Positions 13,692 through 39,920 of a stretch of DNA of 64,000 bases are shown one piece after another. The notes under the pieces are model-generated. The model saw nothing but the letters and a program-made list of their open reading frames with translations, was not told the origin of the DNA and searched no databases. Position numbers and translations under genes: made by a program. The first letter of the stretch is position 1. The number at the start of each line of letters is the position of its first letter. The stretch is from Chrysomallon squamiferum (taxonomy: Eukaryota; Animalia; Mollusca): assembly GCA_012295275.1 (NCBI GenBank), contig CM022675.1, positions 12,772,001 through 12,836,000 on the forward strand. Reading direction: 5' to 3'.

Positions 13692-15858
13692 TAAATAAAT
13701 AAATAAGTAAAAAAATAATAATGTAAAAAAGAAAAAATTAATAATAATGAAAATAGTAATAATAATAAAAACAAAATAAAATCTCAGCCTATATAGCTAA
13801 TTAAATTACCACTATTTTCAAATTACTTTTTCAAAATTATTTTTTTTTTTTTCTGCAGTTTTAATTCTTCTACTGTTATACTGTTTTAAGTAACTTTAGT
13901 TTTACCATTCTTTTCAAATTCAGAAGAATATGGACATCCATAAAAATACACACAAAAGTTGTGTTTTCTAGATAACACATCCCACACAGAGAATGAGATA
14001 CTTTTAGGAACCTTGGAAATATTTGAAACCAACTTTGAGATATTCAAAAGCAACAGAAATTAGTTTACTCAAAATGCTTTTAATGATTTTAATTTCTGAT
14101 TGGGATCTATTGCTCTGGTATTTCCATAACTGCATCCATTGGCAAACATTCCATTTAAAGTCTAAATATTCTCCCAAGCACTTTGTATCTGCTTTCTATT
14201 AGATACTTGATAAAATTAACAATTAAAATACAAGTAATAAATCACTCCAGTGGAAATTGCTACAATCTGTTGTAAATTAGAAGTATCAGTTCTCTTGGTC
14301 ATTGTTAATTTCTATTGTTTTTCATCAAATTAATTCATAAATAGAGAGAAAAAAGAAAGTAACAGTAAAGAAAATAAAAAAGAATATTTGTAAATTCTTT
14401 AAACATGACAATGTTTGTGTCAGATCACCAGTACATTCATTTTCAACTTTAAATAGAGAACATTCCTGTTGCTTCTCATTATAAACTTTATCCTTGTATT
14501 TAGTAGTTAATTTCAGTTGTTCAGATTTCTTTTTTCTTTTTCTTTTTTTAAATAATAATTACAAATCAAAGAAATTTTTTTTTTAATTATCTGAGGTATC
14601 AATTTTTTTGTATCATTAAGATTGAACTTGAACACACCAATATGAACACATTTTTTATTTATTTTTTTTAAATTTTAAATTTATTTACCAAAATAAAAAG
14701 CAAGGATTTCTTTAAGACATATTTTAATATTAAATCAAGCAACATATCAATGTTCTCATCTGAAGGATTCGTTTTCTAAGTCTGAGCGCACAAGATGCGA
14801 TAAGCATACATCCAAGATACACATAGTTATTCTTATTTCAATCTTTACAACTGAAGGCATGAATGCAAGAAATATTTCAGTCACTTAATTTTCTTGGATT
14901 CTGTGAGACTTAGTTTTCCAATATGGCTAAGATCTCAATTTTTTAACAAAACATAAAAAAATAAAAAATAAAAATCTACTTGGTAATTCACTCAATGCCA
15001 TTAATAGCAGACATTCTTACTTTTCATAAAAGTGTGACTGAAGTATTTCTAGCAAACAAATCTTCAAATTATTTATTTAAAGTCATTAAGTCTTATTCCA
15101 AGAATTATTTTTCTAGTATCAAAGATCATGTTCAATTGCTGCTTTAAGCTAACTGCTGTTGTTGTCAAATGTGACAGAAAATCCTCAAAAATTACTGCCA
15201 AACTCAAAGACTTGCGATGACAAAAACAAATCTGAGGAATAACTGTGTACAAGCCTCCTCACTGTTACACCTTCACGAGGGACACAAAAATCACCAATGG
15301 TTACAAAACCAAGCTCCTCTCTAAAGACAAACAAGATTTTTATATTTTTTTACAACAGGGATCTGTTCAGCTCTCACTGCTACTGTGATTCTTGTCACCT
15401 GACTATCTCAACTTGAGGAAAAAACATATAACACCTCAAAAACTTCATCATTCTTCTGTGGAAATTCATCCACAGGCCTGCAGAATCACTCGTCAAGTGC
15501 TCCAATTAGAGGCCACTCATTAACTGACCACAAGCAGCTGTAGTCAGTTATTCACTCACTGACTACAAGCATTTCTAATCAGTGGTCATTTGTGAAATGA
15601 CCACACATCTATAACCTCACTGACAGTTCCCGTTTCCATGGAAATTCTTATGGCACTTTGAGTAAATGATTATCACTGGATATAATGACCTGTGCCTGCT
15701 GTCCTGTATCACCTTGCAAAGAATTCAATTTTCTTTTTTTTTCATTTGAAGATAGTGGAGTCAATGAGACTCTCAGAGAGAGAGTGTCTGACTGTGAGGG
15801 GAGGGAGTAGTCCATAGCTGACTCTGAAACCTAATCCACACTGAGAACTAGGAGAAAG
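11995..15858 (-). other. KANSL1: Putative long KANSL1 3'UTR (~3.85 kb) with poly(A) signal at 12016-12011
   Basis: The minus strand reads TGTACATTATTT...TGTAAATAAA followed by a U-rich tract. CpG-poor composition continues from the stop to about 11.9 kb and then changes. Earlier AATAAA hexamers also exist. Confidence 0.5.
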
Positions 15859-28901
<13,043 letters not shown>

Positions 28902-28934
28902 GCAACATATCCTTAGAGAAAGTGGGCCAAACAT

Positions 28935-29640
28935 GCACCCGGGAAAAACATCTGACAGCCCATCAACTATGGAAATCAGATTAATTTAAACAGCAATTAA
29001 GTAACCGTCGAACAAAGCCGCTGTCATAGGCGATCAAGTCGCCAGTCAAGTCTGTCCCAACCCTAACATCGGAAACACCAGCACGTGACTGTCATTGCAT
29101 TACAAGCGTCTGAGCTCTTAAGTGGCTGTTTTAACACTGTTAGTTAATGATCACAGTACCATACATATTGCATATCACTAAAAACTAAACAATGAATTAT
29201 AAAATAACATATTCGATCTCGAAACAGCTCGAGAATATCGAAAATAGCTCGACAAACCACAATACCACGTGATCAGGCCACGTCCTTGTCCTGGTTTTGC
29301 GATTTCCTGACGCGTTTCAGGTGTTTTTCTATGTAACACCGCCTTTGTGCGATCTTATTTTCATCCCACAGTGAATTTTTAATTCCATTAATTCAATCCA
29401 GTTGTAAGCACAGACGAATAATGATGCAGAGAGTCCCAGATTTAAAGAAATCATGGAGACGCATTATTAAACTACTTATGCATCATGGCGGTCGTTTTGG
29501 TCTGCTCCATCACAAACAAAATGTATAATTGCTTCAATTGTCAGACCACCCTCTACCGAGCAATGCTGATTGGTTGAATATAGTAGGTCACAGGGTCAGA
29601 AGAAGTGCGCGGTACTCCGATAGCTTTTTGCGTAATTTCA
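28935..29640 (-). promoter_or_regulatory. KANSL1 5'UTR/promoter region
   Basis: CpG-retaining zone upstream of the ATG, with CACGTG E-boxes (~29082, ~29266), a YY1-like CCGCCATG (~29484-29491) and a CCAAT box (29573-29569). The TSS cannot be fixed from sequence. Confidence 0.5.
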
Positions 29641-30441
29641 TTCACTTTCATTGTCTGGAACCAATGTTTGAACGACAGGGAAATTTTGGGATGAAAATGA
29701 AATAATAACGGTGCTTTTAAATGTTAATTTATCTAACATTTATGCTATATTCTATAACCGCATTTCGTGTGGAATAAGATCAGTAGAGTAGTTCAACAGA
29801 ATAAAAACAATCATTTTCTTTTCCCTCATTTCGAAACATACGCACACACGCACAGAACACTACGCGGCAAACACCATCTAGTTAATATTCCCCACTGCCA
29901 ATTGAAAGTGAACATTTTTATTTATTAATTAGTACTATTAATCACTTACGATTTATAACAACAAACATTTTTAGTATTATTTACTTTAACAATATTATTT
30001 TTATACTGTATATGTATTAAATTTTTATTATTCATTCTTTAATTTATTTATTTATTTATTTATTTTTTATTTTTATTTTTTGTAAATTTATGTTCTCCAA
30101 TAAAAGCAGGCTGGCTGCATTTCAAACAGCGGTCTAACATTTAAAAGTGTCCTGTTATTTCATTTCTTTTTATCAACTTATACAGTTCTATTTAATTATA
30201 TGAGAAAGAAACCAAACGCGAAATATATGAAAAGTAAAGATTAGCTGCACTGAAGAACGTCGATCAATCGAAATGGGAACACCGCTACTTGGTTGACTTG
30301 TCATCGATTCAACAACTGAGGGTCGTTTATATTTAACTTTCTCTTGACAACAGGAAAGCACTACCTTGAGTTAGACTGGGAAATAGTTCATAAAGAGAAA
30401 TAGAGGAAGAATAATCTATCAACCAGATATATCAAGCTACA

Positions 30442-30443
<2 letters not shown>

Positions 30444-30495
<52 letters not shown>
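30444..30495. repeat. (TG)n microsatellite
   Basis: Visible directly. Confidence 0.95.
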
Positions 30496-30496
<1 letters not shown>

Positions 30497-30723
30497 ATTT
30501 CCTTTTAACAGAGGATATAATTTCGCAACACTGTGACTGATCACCTCATGTTACATCGCATTTTACAGGCTATTATCATTGTTCCTTTATGTGTAGCTTT
30601 ATTAGACTTTAAAATATGTATCAAATTTCTGTTTTGTTATGTATGAGTGTATACGCGTTTGTGTGGTGTTTGTGCATGCTAATGAACTGCATGTTAAAGA
30701 AAGTAAAATAAAAGATAGTCAAA

Positions 30724-30778
<55 letters not shown>

Positions 30779-31177
30779 TAAAATAATAATGCACCGAAAA
30801 GGATTGATCCTGAGACCCTTGATATCACATATTAACACGAAATCACTGAGCCGTGGTCGGACTGTATTTGGTGTTACAATATTTCTCCAAACGTGTCGTA
30901 TATGTGCAATCGTATTCCAAAAATGTTCACATGAGTCATATTAAACCTGCTGTTATCGGCTCTGTACAATATCGATGAAAGTACATGACGTAAGCAAAAC
31001 AAGACCACACAAAGAGAATTAATTAACGCGAAATTAATGAAACAATCGGTACATAAATGTGTATTTTAAAAATTTTGCTGTTTAATTTATTGTAATTTTT
31101 GCAGTATTAGATGATACAAACAGTAGTTATAAATAGGATTTGTGTGACTGTACGCACGTCACTCAACGCACACTGCT

Positions 31178-31375
31178 ATTGGGAGTGGACTTGGTAGTTC
31201 AGTGACTAAGCTTTCGCGTGAGACGTGACGGATGTCAGGATCGATTCACCTCTACCTGTGGCAGAACTTTTTTTTCCATTCTTGCCGGTGTCGTATGGTT
31301 ATTTATACAAATTCAAGAGGACTGCGATAATTTATCGTGCTTATGAAAGTTTCCACGCTTGCTAATGAATTGTAA
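31178..31375 (+). mobile_element. Degenerate SINE with tRNA-like head
   Basis: A-box-like gtagttcagtg and B-box-like ggatcgattc, followed by a decayed version of the same body. Confidence 0.45.
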
Positions 31376-32686
31376 TGAACATTATGCACGATGTAGCTGG
31401 CATTTATGTATAAATTTTGAAGTCACGGTCTTTCACGTGTTTCGTTTCCTGAAGATAAAGAAAACGTTAGAACTAGAGAAAGACAAAGAAAATATAGTTA
31501 ATAGTTATTTATAATTACATTTTTTTTTAATAATTAGTAAATATACCGGTATTTTGATTAAATACATCACTTTATATTAAGAAGAATATTACACCCATTT
31601 TGATAATTAAAAATAAACATAAAGCTGCACATAATTAAAGATTTCTCTCTCTTTGGTATATGTGTGGGTGTGTCTGGGTTGTGGCGGTAACTACACCCAT
31701 ACCGAAATTGACGATATTTTAATATATATATATATATACACACAAATATTTTATTTGAAAATATAAAATATAAATCTCTATTCCGATAGAAACGATATCC
31801 ACTGAACGAATTCGTTTATCTCTATGGTTACCGTCTGAAGTCTACTGACATCGTTGCGATGAAAGATTTAGGTGGCCCCCAAACACCTCGCCCAAATTTG
31901 TTTTAAAGTTTTGAGTGTTTTTTTTTCATTTCACAAAGAATCTAGTTACGGCCATAATTATGCGTTTTCTGACCTATGTTTATATGTCAAAAGATATTTG
32001 GTTGTACGTACAGTCCTAATAATAATAATAATTTAATAATAAAATTTAAAAATAAATAAATAAATAAACCGAACGTTGTCGGAGTATCACGTGCACAAGT
32101 CACTATCACTATTTTCGTACGCGCTCTGCGCGTGTTATATATCGATTTACCACTGTACCCAGAAAAATGTTGCAAACTTATTTTTATTTATTTTTTATTT
32201 TTTGACTTTTGTGAGAATTATTTGTTTGTAAATGTATGTCTATTCTATTCGTGTGCGTATGCACACAATTTTAATCAACACAGTCGTTATATTTCATATA
32301 TGAAATGCCCAAGAGTGTATAAATTAAATTAATTGTTGTTAGGCGATGTTATTCTGTGAATCGTCATTAATTAATTGATCCCGCTCTGGGGCGGATCCCA
32401 AGTTTTAGAAAAGCAGGAACTTCGCAGACGACAGCTTAGAGTGGTTAAGACAGACAAATCGGCAAGGTAGGCAAGTATCTAATCATATAATTTATATACT
32501 TTATTTTGTGCCCTCTTTCTGATCTAATATCATTGTAGTTAAAATAGTAACAATACCATCGATAACAACTTCATCAACTTCATTTTTTAGATAAATAAAT
32601 AAATAAATAATAGTTCCCAAAACAACCATAACAACAAAACAACAACAAAACAACAACAACAATAACAATAATAATAATTTAGATAA

Positions 32687-32721
<35 letters not shown>

Positions 32722-33049
32722 AACAGTCGTGTTGCCTCAAGACCGGGTATTACCACGTGAAATGCATAATCAAGAAAGTGGGTTACAAACAGGGGCCAGT
32801 GTCTATCTGTGGCAAAGTCAGTATACAATATCACTTGTTTACTGATCTGGACGTATAAACCTGTAATCTGACTTTTGCGGATGTGTGCCCTTAGTGTAAC
32901 AATAACATTAAATGACTAAGTTTTTAATACAAGAATGGTTTGTTAAATAACTTAAAACATAAATTATATTTTGAGTAAGTTATAGCTGTATTAATCACAA
33001 ATACATTTTAGCTTAATACAATTTTGTGTCGATCCATAACAAAACTTTT

Positions 33050-33141
33050 TCGTATATGCTGGAGCACTCGTTGGAAAGACTTACATAGCTGATGGGCACA
33101 ACGGGAATTGATCCAGCAATTAATCATGTATCACATTACCG

Positions 33142-33177
<36 letters not shown>

Positions 33178-33370
33178 CACGTGCACAAAATGACACGCAA
33201 CGGGTTACAGTTCTTCAGTTACAGCGCTGACCTAATTAGGATTGATCATTTATTTCACAATGTTCTATCCCGTTCTAGACAATGCTCCAGTGATAGGTTA
33301 TCAAATTATTTGTTTGGCGTTTTTCTCTATATGGAAAGATGCTGATAAATAATACCTTCCAGCAAACAGA
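33050..33370. mobile_element. Two oppositely oriented SINE remnants
   Basis: 33055-33135 has ggagcact...gggaattgatcc (minus); 33215-33370 has aggattgatc...gttctagacaatgctcca...atggaaag (plus). Confidence 0.35.
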
Positions 33371-33783
33371 ATATATCAATAATAAAAAAATAAAAATAAA
33401 TGTGGAAAAACAAAAATCCCCAGAATGACAAATCAATACATCATACGTATATTACTGTTAACCTTTACGATTAAAATATAAACTCGTTAATATTGATTTA
33501 TTTTTAATTTATTTTCTGTTTCGATTTCAAAAATGACAAAACAACAATAATGAAATACAATGAAAAATCCCCAAAAAAACTAAAACAATGATAGTTAAAA
33601 CAAACACTATATAACTCGTACAATTGTATTTCATAGTATAAAAAAGTATACAGAATGTTTGTAAACAGTATTTTTTTTTCTTTTTTGAATGATAAAACTA
33701 ATTAAGCCATAATGAACAACACAGTATATTTTTTGTGTTGATATAACTGAAGATTTCAAGAAATAGCTTGATGTTATCAAGAA

Positions 33784-33789
<6 letters not shown>

Positions 33790-33879
<90 letters not shown>
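33790..33879. repeat. (TC)n microsatellite
   Basis: Visible directly. Confidence 0.95.
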
Positions 33880-33882
<3 letters not shown>

Positions 33883-34717
33883 TTTATAAAATAATTTTTT
33901 AAGAACAATTTTGTTTCATACTGTTAATCTAGAAACCAAATTTTTATTTTCTGTTCAATTTAATTATATCTGATTATAAACTCTTAATGCAATAAAATGC
34001 ATTATATATATAAAATAATAATTTAGTAATTTACCCATATGATTCCATTATAACAGTTGTATTACATTAATTTAATTATTATGTCTGTGTATAAAACAAT
34101 TTGTAAAGATTTAAAGTTATTATCAAAAATGACAATAATAAGATAGTAACAACAACAACAATAATAATAATAAAAAAATTATGATGTTAACAGTTGTTCT
34201 AAATATTACAAATTTAAAAATCATATAAAGGTTTTAACAGAAATAAATGGAGGTTGCAAATCAATTGCACAAAAAAGTTTTTGGTGTATAAATCATATAT
34301 GTTTTTATAAGAAATGTTAATTAAAAAAGGTTTTGAAGAATGATGGACAATGGATGTTAATATTTTACTATATTAAATTGTTTATGTATCTCAAAGATAG
34401 AAAGTCAGTTTAAATGTTTCTAACATCAATAACAGATGTAGCTATTTAGTTTAAATGAGTAAATGTGTTTTACTGTATGTTTTTAACTGTAACTTCAGTT
34501 CTGTGTGAATTTTTGTACAATGATAAAAGATAAAAATATTATTCAAAGTTTCTGCATGTTTAACAATATTTCCACATGTTAATATGATTTGACATTTAAA
34601 AATAATATTCTACAGAATTAATGGGTTTCAGGATACATGTACCTTTAATGTTTCATTGCATTAATGTATAGTGTTTTATAGGAATCATTCTGAATATATT
34701 ATATATATGTATTAATT

Positions 34718-34757
<40 letters not shown>

Positions 34758-34794
34758 TATTGTTGATTTTGTTAACATTTTTATTTAGTTTCAT

Positions 34795-35050
34795 TGAAAG
34801 TTTTAGAGTATTATGTGTATCAAAATTTCAGTATATTAATGATTCCAAATTTCATAACATTATGTTTCAAAATTTCAGTCCTTTTTTCAAAATTTCAGTA
34901 CATTATGTTTCAAAATTTCGGTATATTGTGTTTCAAAGCTTCAGTAAATCATACATGTTTCAGTGCATAAACAAATTTCAGTGTTTCTGTACATTAATAT
35001 CTTTTCTGTGCAAAAATACATCACACTGTTTCAGCTCCACTGAAGTGTTT
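34795..35050. repeat. Degenerate ~24-bp minisatellite in the ACADL 3'UTR
   Basis: About 6-8 recurrences of attatgtttcaaaatttcagta variants. Confidence 0.75.
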
Positions 35051-35067
35051 CAAAGACGCAGTATGTT

Positions 35068-35248
35068 TCACTTGTCGGAAACGATGTCTCTCGATATAAG
35101 TTCTTTCATTATTTCACTGCTTCCTCCAAATATTGGCTGCACTCGGGCATCCACAAACGCCTTGGCAATAGGATACTCCCACATGTAGCCCCACCCCCCG
35201 TGTAACTGCAGACACTGGGTGGCAATCCTTTGCTGCATTTCAGATATC
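35068..35248 (-). CDS. ACADL: ACADL exon 9 (last, 181 nt)
   Basis: CLQLHGGWGYMWEYPIAKAFVDARVQPIFGGSSEIMKELISRDIVSDK*. Confidence 0.95.
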
Positions 35249-37874
35249 CTGAAATTAAAAGAGAAAAAATGAACAAGTTATCTTGGATGAAACAGATTTG
35301 TTTAAGCTTATATTTCTTTTAAAAAAATACTCATAAATATATGCAAGCTATATTTTCTCCACAAATCTATTCATAAGTTAATAATAACTAAAAGAAAATA
35401 TAGATGCAGATTATTATTAATTTTAATGAATATATTCTTAAGTTACTTTTTATTAAAGCAATAAATACATCTAGGTTATATTTTATTTTAAAATATGGGC
35501 AGATTATCTTTTTGTGGAACCAAAAATGCACTAAAGTATCATTTTCTTATAAAGAAATACAACAGCTATTTAAAAAAAAAAAATTATTTTTTTTATATAG
35601 AAAAAATTTCTAAAGGGACCTAATTTAGAAAAAGAAACAAAACAATTACAATGTGAAATTACAAAGGCCCATAACTTTTCAGGAAACTGATACAGATTTG
35701 TAGGAATGAACAAGCAAAATTATCTGTCTTGGTTAATATCAGAAGTAGAACATAATTCAACAATAATTTTTATAATAACTTACAAATGTTGATGAAGTGA
35801 GACACAAATTCTGCCTGAGGTTTACAAGAATCATTAGATCTCCAGGAACACATTCCAGCACCCATGGACCCATATAAACATGCTTGAATCAACCATACAA
35901 ATATAGCCAACATGCAAAACAAATGCACACACACATACACAGGCAAGTACGCATGCAGTAGAAATACATTCATATCTACATACTTGCATGCTTGCACATA
36001 CATTCACGCACACTCAGAAAGAAAGCATTTTTTTTTCAGAAAACCTCTTTGTGCCTACATGTAAGAATTTTAAATCTAGTTTGCCTATTAAAATCTTATT
36101 GTTTTCAAAGGCAGCCTATCTGTAACAGCAACACTTGTTATACTGAAAAACTACTGGAGGTAAGAGCTGCCTGGAAAACCAGGGTATGAAAGAACAAATT
36201 TGACAGATGTGACATACCACAGTTTGGCAATGGACGCAGTAGAAGCGTCCAGTTTTTTCTCATTGTGCAGCTCAAGACACCGGTCAATAAAAGCTCGGCC
36301 AACAGCAATGTCCGCTTTCATCTCTGCCATTTTGTGTCTGATAACCTGAAATTAAAAAACAAAAAATTAAATAATACTTACAAGATGGAATGTTTCATTT
36401 AATGATACACTCAGCACTCTTTTTAATCTATGTTATTATACTTCTGATTAAACTTTAGGGCTGAGAGTAAAACTGAAGCCACTAATGTCATCCAACTGGC
36501 TCCTCATTCATGATATGCAACAAGAGGTCTTCTATTTCAGCCTTCCCATAGACAGGAAAGAACATTTTATGGATTTTTTTTTGTAAAGCAGAGCAGATGT
36601 GATGCCTTTCTTGGTTCAGAATAGTTCAAACTGGTTTCCATTTCATACACAGATTTAAGGAAGAACAGAGTAAGTCGTTACAAAATTACATTAATAATTA
36701 AAAAAGGAAATCACACACACACACACACAAACAAAGTCAGGCCTCTATGCATTCTCTGAAACTTTTTATTTATCATCTGTAATAGTATTCAATTTATTGA
36801 ATAAATATTTCAGTTATTTTCACTGACCAATAGCAAGAATTTTTTTATAAATTTTCTAACAAACATATACTAAACAAAATAAGCCTTTGACAAGACTTGA
36901 TCCTATGAAACATGAATCCACAGATCAGTACTATTACCTACTTTAATCACTTAATCACACACTACCTCATTATTTGTTATCATTCATTCTTTTGACTTCA
37001 GCAATAATCTTAAGATAATCTTGCTCTCTGCAGAATGTAAAAAGTTTTATCTATTTATCTATATCTACATATCAGATTGTAACAAAACTTCTGTCTTGTA
37101 AGGATCAATAAAACATTTATTCTTTTGACTTCAGCAATAATCTTAAGATAATCTTGCTCTCTGCAGAATGTAAAAAGTTTTATCTATTTATCTATATCTA
37201 CATATCAGATTGTAACAAAACTTCTGTCTTGTAAGGATCAGTAAAACATGACTTCTGATATATTTAACTGTCAGTATTGTCACAATACTTCTCTCTGACC
37301 TCATTCCATCTGTCAGTGAACTTTTTAAAGCCACATTCATAAAATTCTTAAGTTTTAACAATATTTTTAGTTAAAAAAAGGGACAGAATTTTCATTACAA
37401 CCTGATTTTATAAACATATTATTTCGTATTTATAATAAATTTTTGAGGAAATGTACCTGTAGATTTGAAAGTGTTTTGCCAAAGGCTTTCCTCTGCTTTA
37501 TGTAGCTGCGAGTCTCTTCAAACATCCACTCACAGTTGCTGATTCCCATCGCTGCAATGATGAGTCGCTCCTGAGGTAGTTCCTGCATCAAGTAATAAAA
37601 ACCCTTGTTTTCTTCCCCAAGCAGAGCATCTTTAGGAAGTCGGACATCTTCAAAAAACAATTCTGCTGTGTCCTGATAAATATAAAATATTATTTTAAGA
37701 TTTTTTTTTCTTTCTTAAATATGCAAAATAAAAGTATGTTCATTTTTTATGTTTTAATGTTCGAGATAAAAGAATATTTTGAAAACATATATAGTTATCA
37801 AGTCTAAATATTCTCATTAATTATTCACCTTGCTCTATTATATTTACAAGAGAGTTGTTTTCCCCTGCTAACTT

Positions 37875-37906
<32 letters not shown>

Positions 37907-39889
37907 ATTAAAAAAAAAAAATTTAATAATATAAATATTCCATACTGCTCAAGGGAGATAATCTTTAATGTCATTGTTACTCGGGATTATTAATATTTTT
38001 TATTAACTCATTCCTTTCAAATTTATAAAATAATCATAAAAAATAATGACCATAATAAAAAATATGATAATCATAATGATAACACAACTGATAACATAAA
38101 TGAAAATAATGATAAAATTAACCTGAGCTTTGAGTCCTATTTTTTCTAATTTTTTTCCCTTTATAAAACCAGGCATTCCTTCCTCGACTAGAAACAAACT
38201 AATTCCATGAGCTGCTTTTTTAGCATCAGTGTTGGTAACAGCAACAACAATGACAACATCAGCCATGTAGCCATTAGTGATAAATACTTTGCTGCCATTT
38301 AAAATGTAATCAGAACCATCTTTTTTGGCGTTTGTTCTAACACCCTGAAGATCACTGAAAAATTAAATTAAAGGATATTAAAAAAAAAAAAAAAACAAGT
38401 AAACAAACCAAAAAAAAAGTACTTGTAACAACTATTTATTTTACAATGTGTTGTAATGTTTTTAAAAATTATTTTCATTATTTGTTATCATTCTTTCTTT
38501 TGACTTCAGCAATAATCTTAAGATAACCTTGTTCTCTGCAGAATGAAAAAAGATGCAGCTCCTGGAAAAGACCTTTAAATTAAAATACAACAGAAGCTCC
38601 TTCTCACCTTCCTGCTCCTGGCTCTGTCATGGCAATGGCTCCTATGCAGGTACCAGCAGTCATCCTTGGAATAAACTTCTCCACTTGTTCTTTGGTGCCG
38701 TAGTTGGAGATGTAAGGCATCACGATGTCAGAGTGAAGTGGAAAACCACAGCCTGAGAAAGGCCCATGTGATCTGTAAGCAACAATAACAAGCATGGCTG
38801 CTATTACTTTGATAAGCAAACATGAAATCAATCCAGCAGGAGTTAAAAACAAATAATAATAAATATATAAAAATTAAAATTATTTAAATAAACTGTAAAC
38901 ATCAATACTTTATGACCATTAGATCAGTGGACATCAAAAAAGGCAAAGACAATTAAACAAAGGTATAAAAAGATTACTGAAATATTAGAGAACTGCCACA
39001 GCAAAAACATGGGAAGAAAAGATGATGCTAAGAGGACATCACTGTAAGACATTCAGTAAAGCATTGTAAAATCAGAAGATAAAAAGAGAGAAAAGATGGC
39101 CATAAAATCAATCAAAAGAGAACTACAAAATCAGCATCATAAAGTGACTATAAAAATCAAGTAATCAATGATAAAAAAAATAAAATAAAATAAAACCCCT
39201 CAAAAAAACCAACAAACTAGGATCAATATCAGAGATTCAATAGGACTACAAGATCAGAAAACAAATGAACAAAATAAGAGATCACTATCATATTAAAAGA
39301 TAAAAAAAGACTGCAGATTTATCAGACAACATCACAACTACAAAATGAAAATGTCCAATAGACTGTGGACTATAAAATCAAAGACTCAGAAAGCAATGGA
39401 ATCTGTGAATCAGAGGGCTGTATAATCAAAGTTACTAGGTAAGAAAGATATTTATCTGAAAACTGAGAATCAATTGCAAATGGACTCCAAAATGAAGATA
39501 ACAAATCCGAAGACTACAAGAGGATTATGCTGTCAGAGTATTGAAAGAAAATTAACCCCAAATTTATATAAACTTAAAGAATCACAATACTGCATTTATA
39601 AGAAGCTGTGAACAAAGTTCTGTTGTGTTTAAGTGTGTGGGTCACATATCTAGAACGCAAACTAGTGATATTCAAAAATACTAACTGTTCTTCCCAAGTT
39701 ACGGCTGCTGACAAAATGTCTGCTCCAATTCCTCCATGTTCAGCAGGAGTTTGAATTCCCAGAATGCCATTGGTTCCTGCCTTCTCCCATACCTGAAAAA
39801 AAAAAAAAAACCAGTGATATTTTCCTTTTAAAGATGAATCTCACTAATAAATTTATAGCAATACAATTTTTTTTAACAAATGGAATAAA

Positions 39890-39920
<31 letters not shown>

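Noticed and set aside
31178-31255. tRNA gene
   Set aside because: A- and B-box-like motifs are present but there is no clean cloverleaf; it continues into a SINE-like body.
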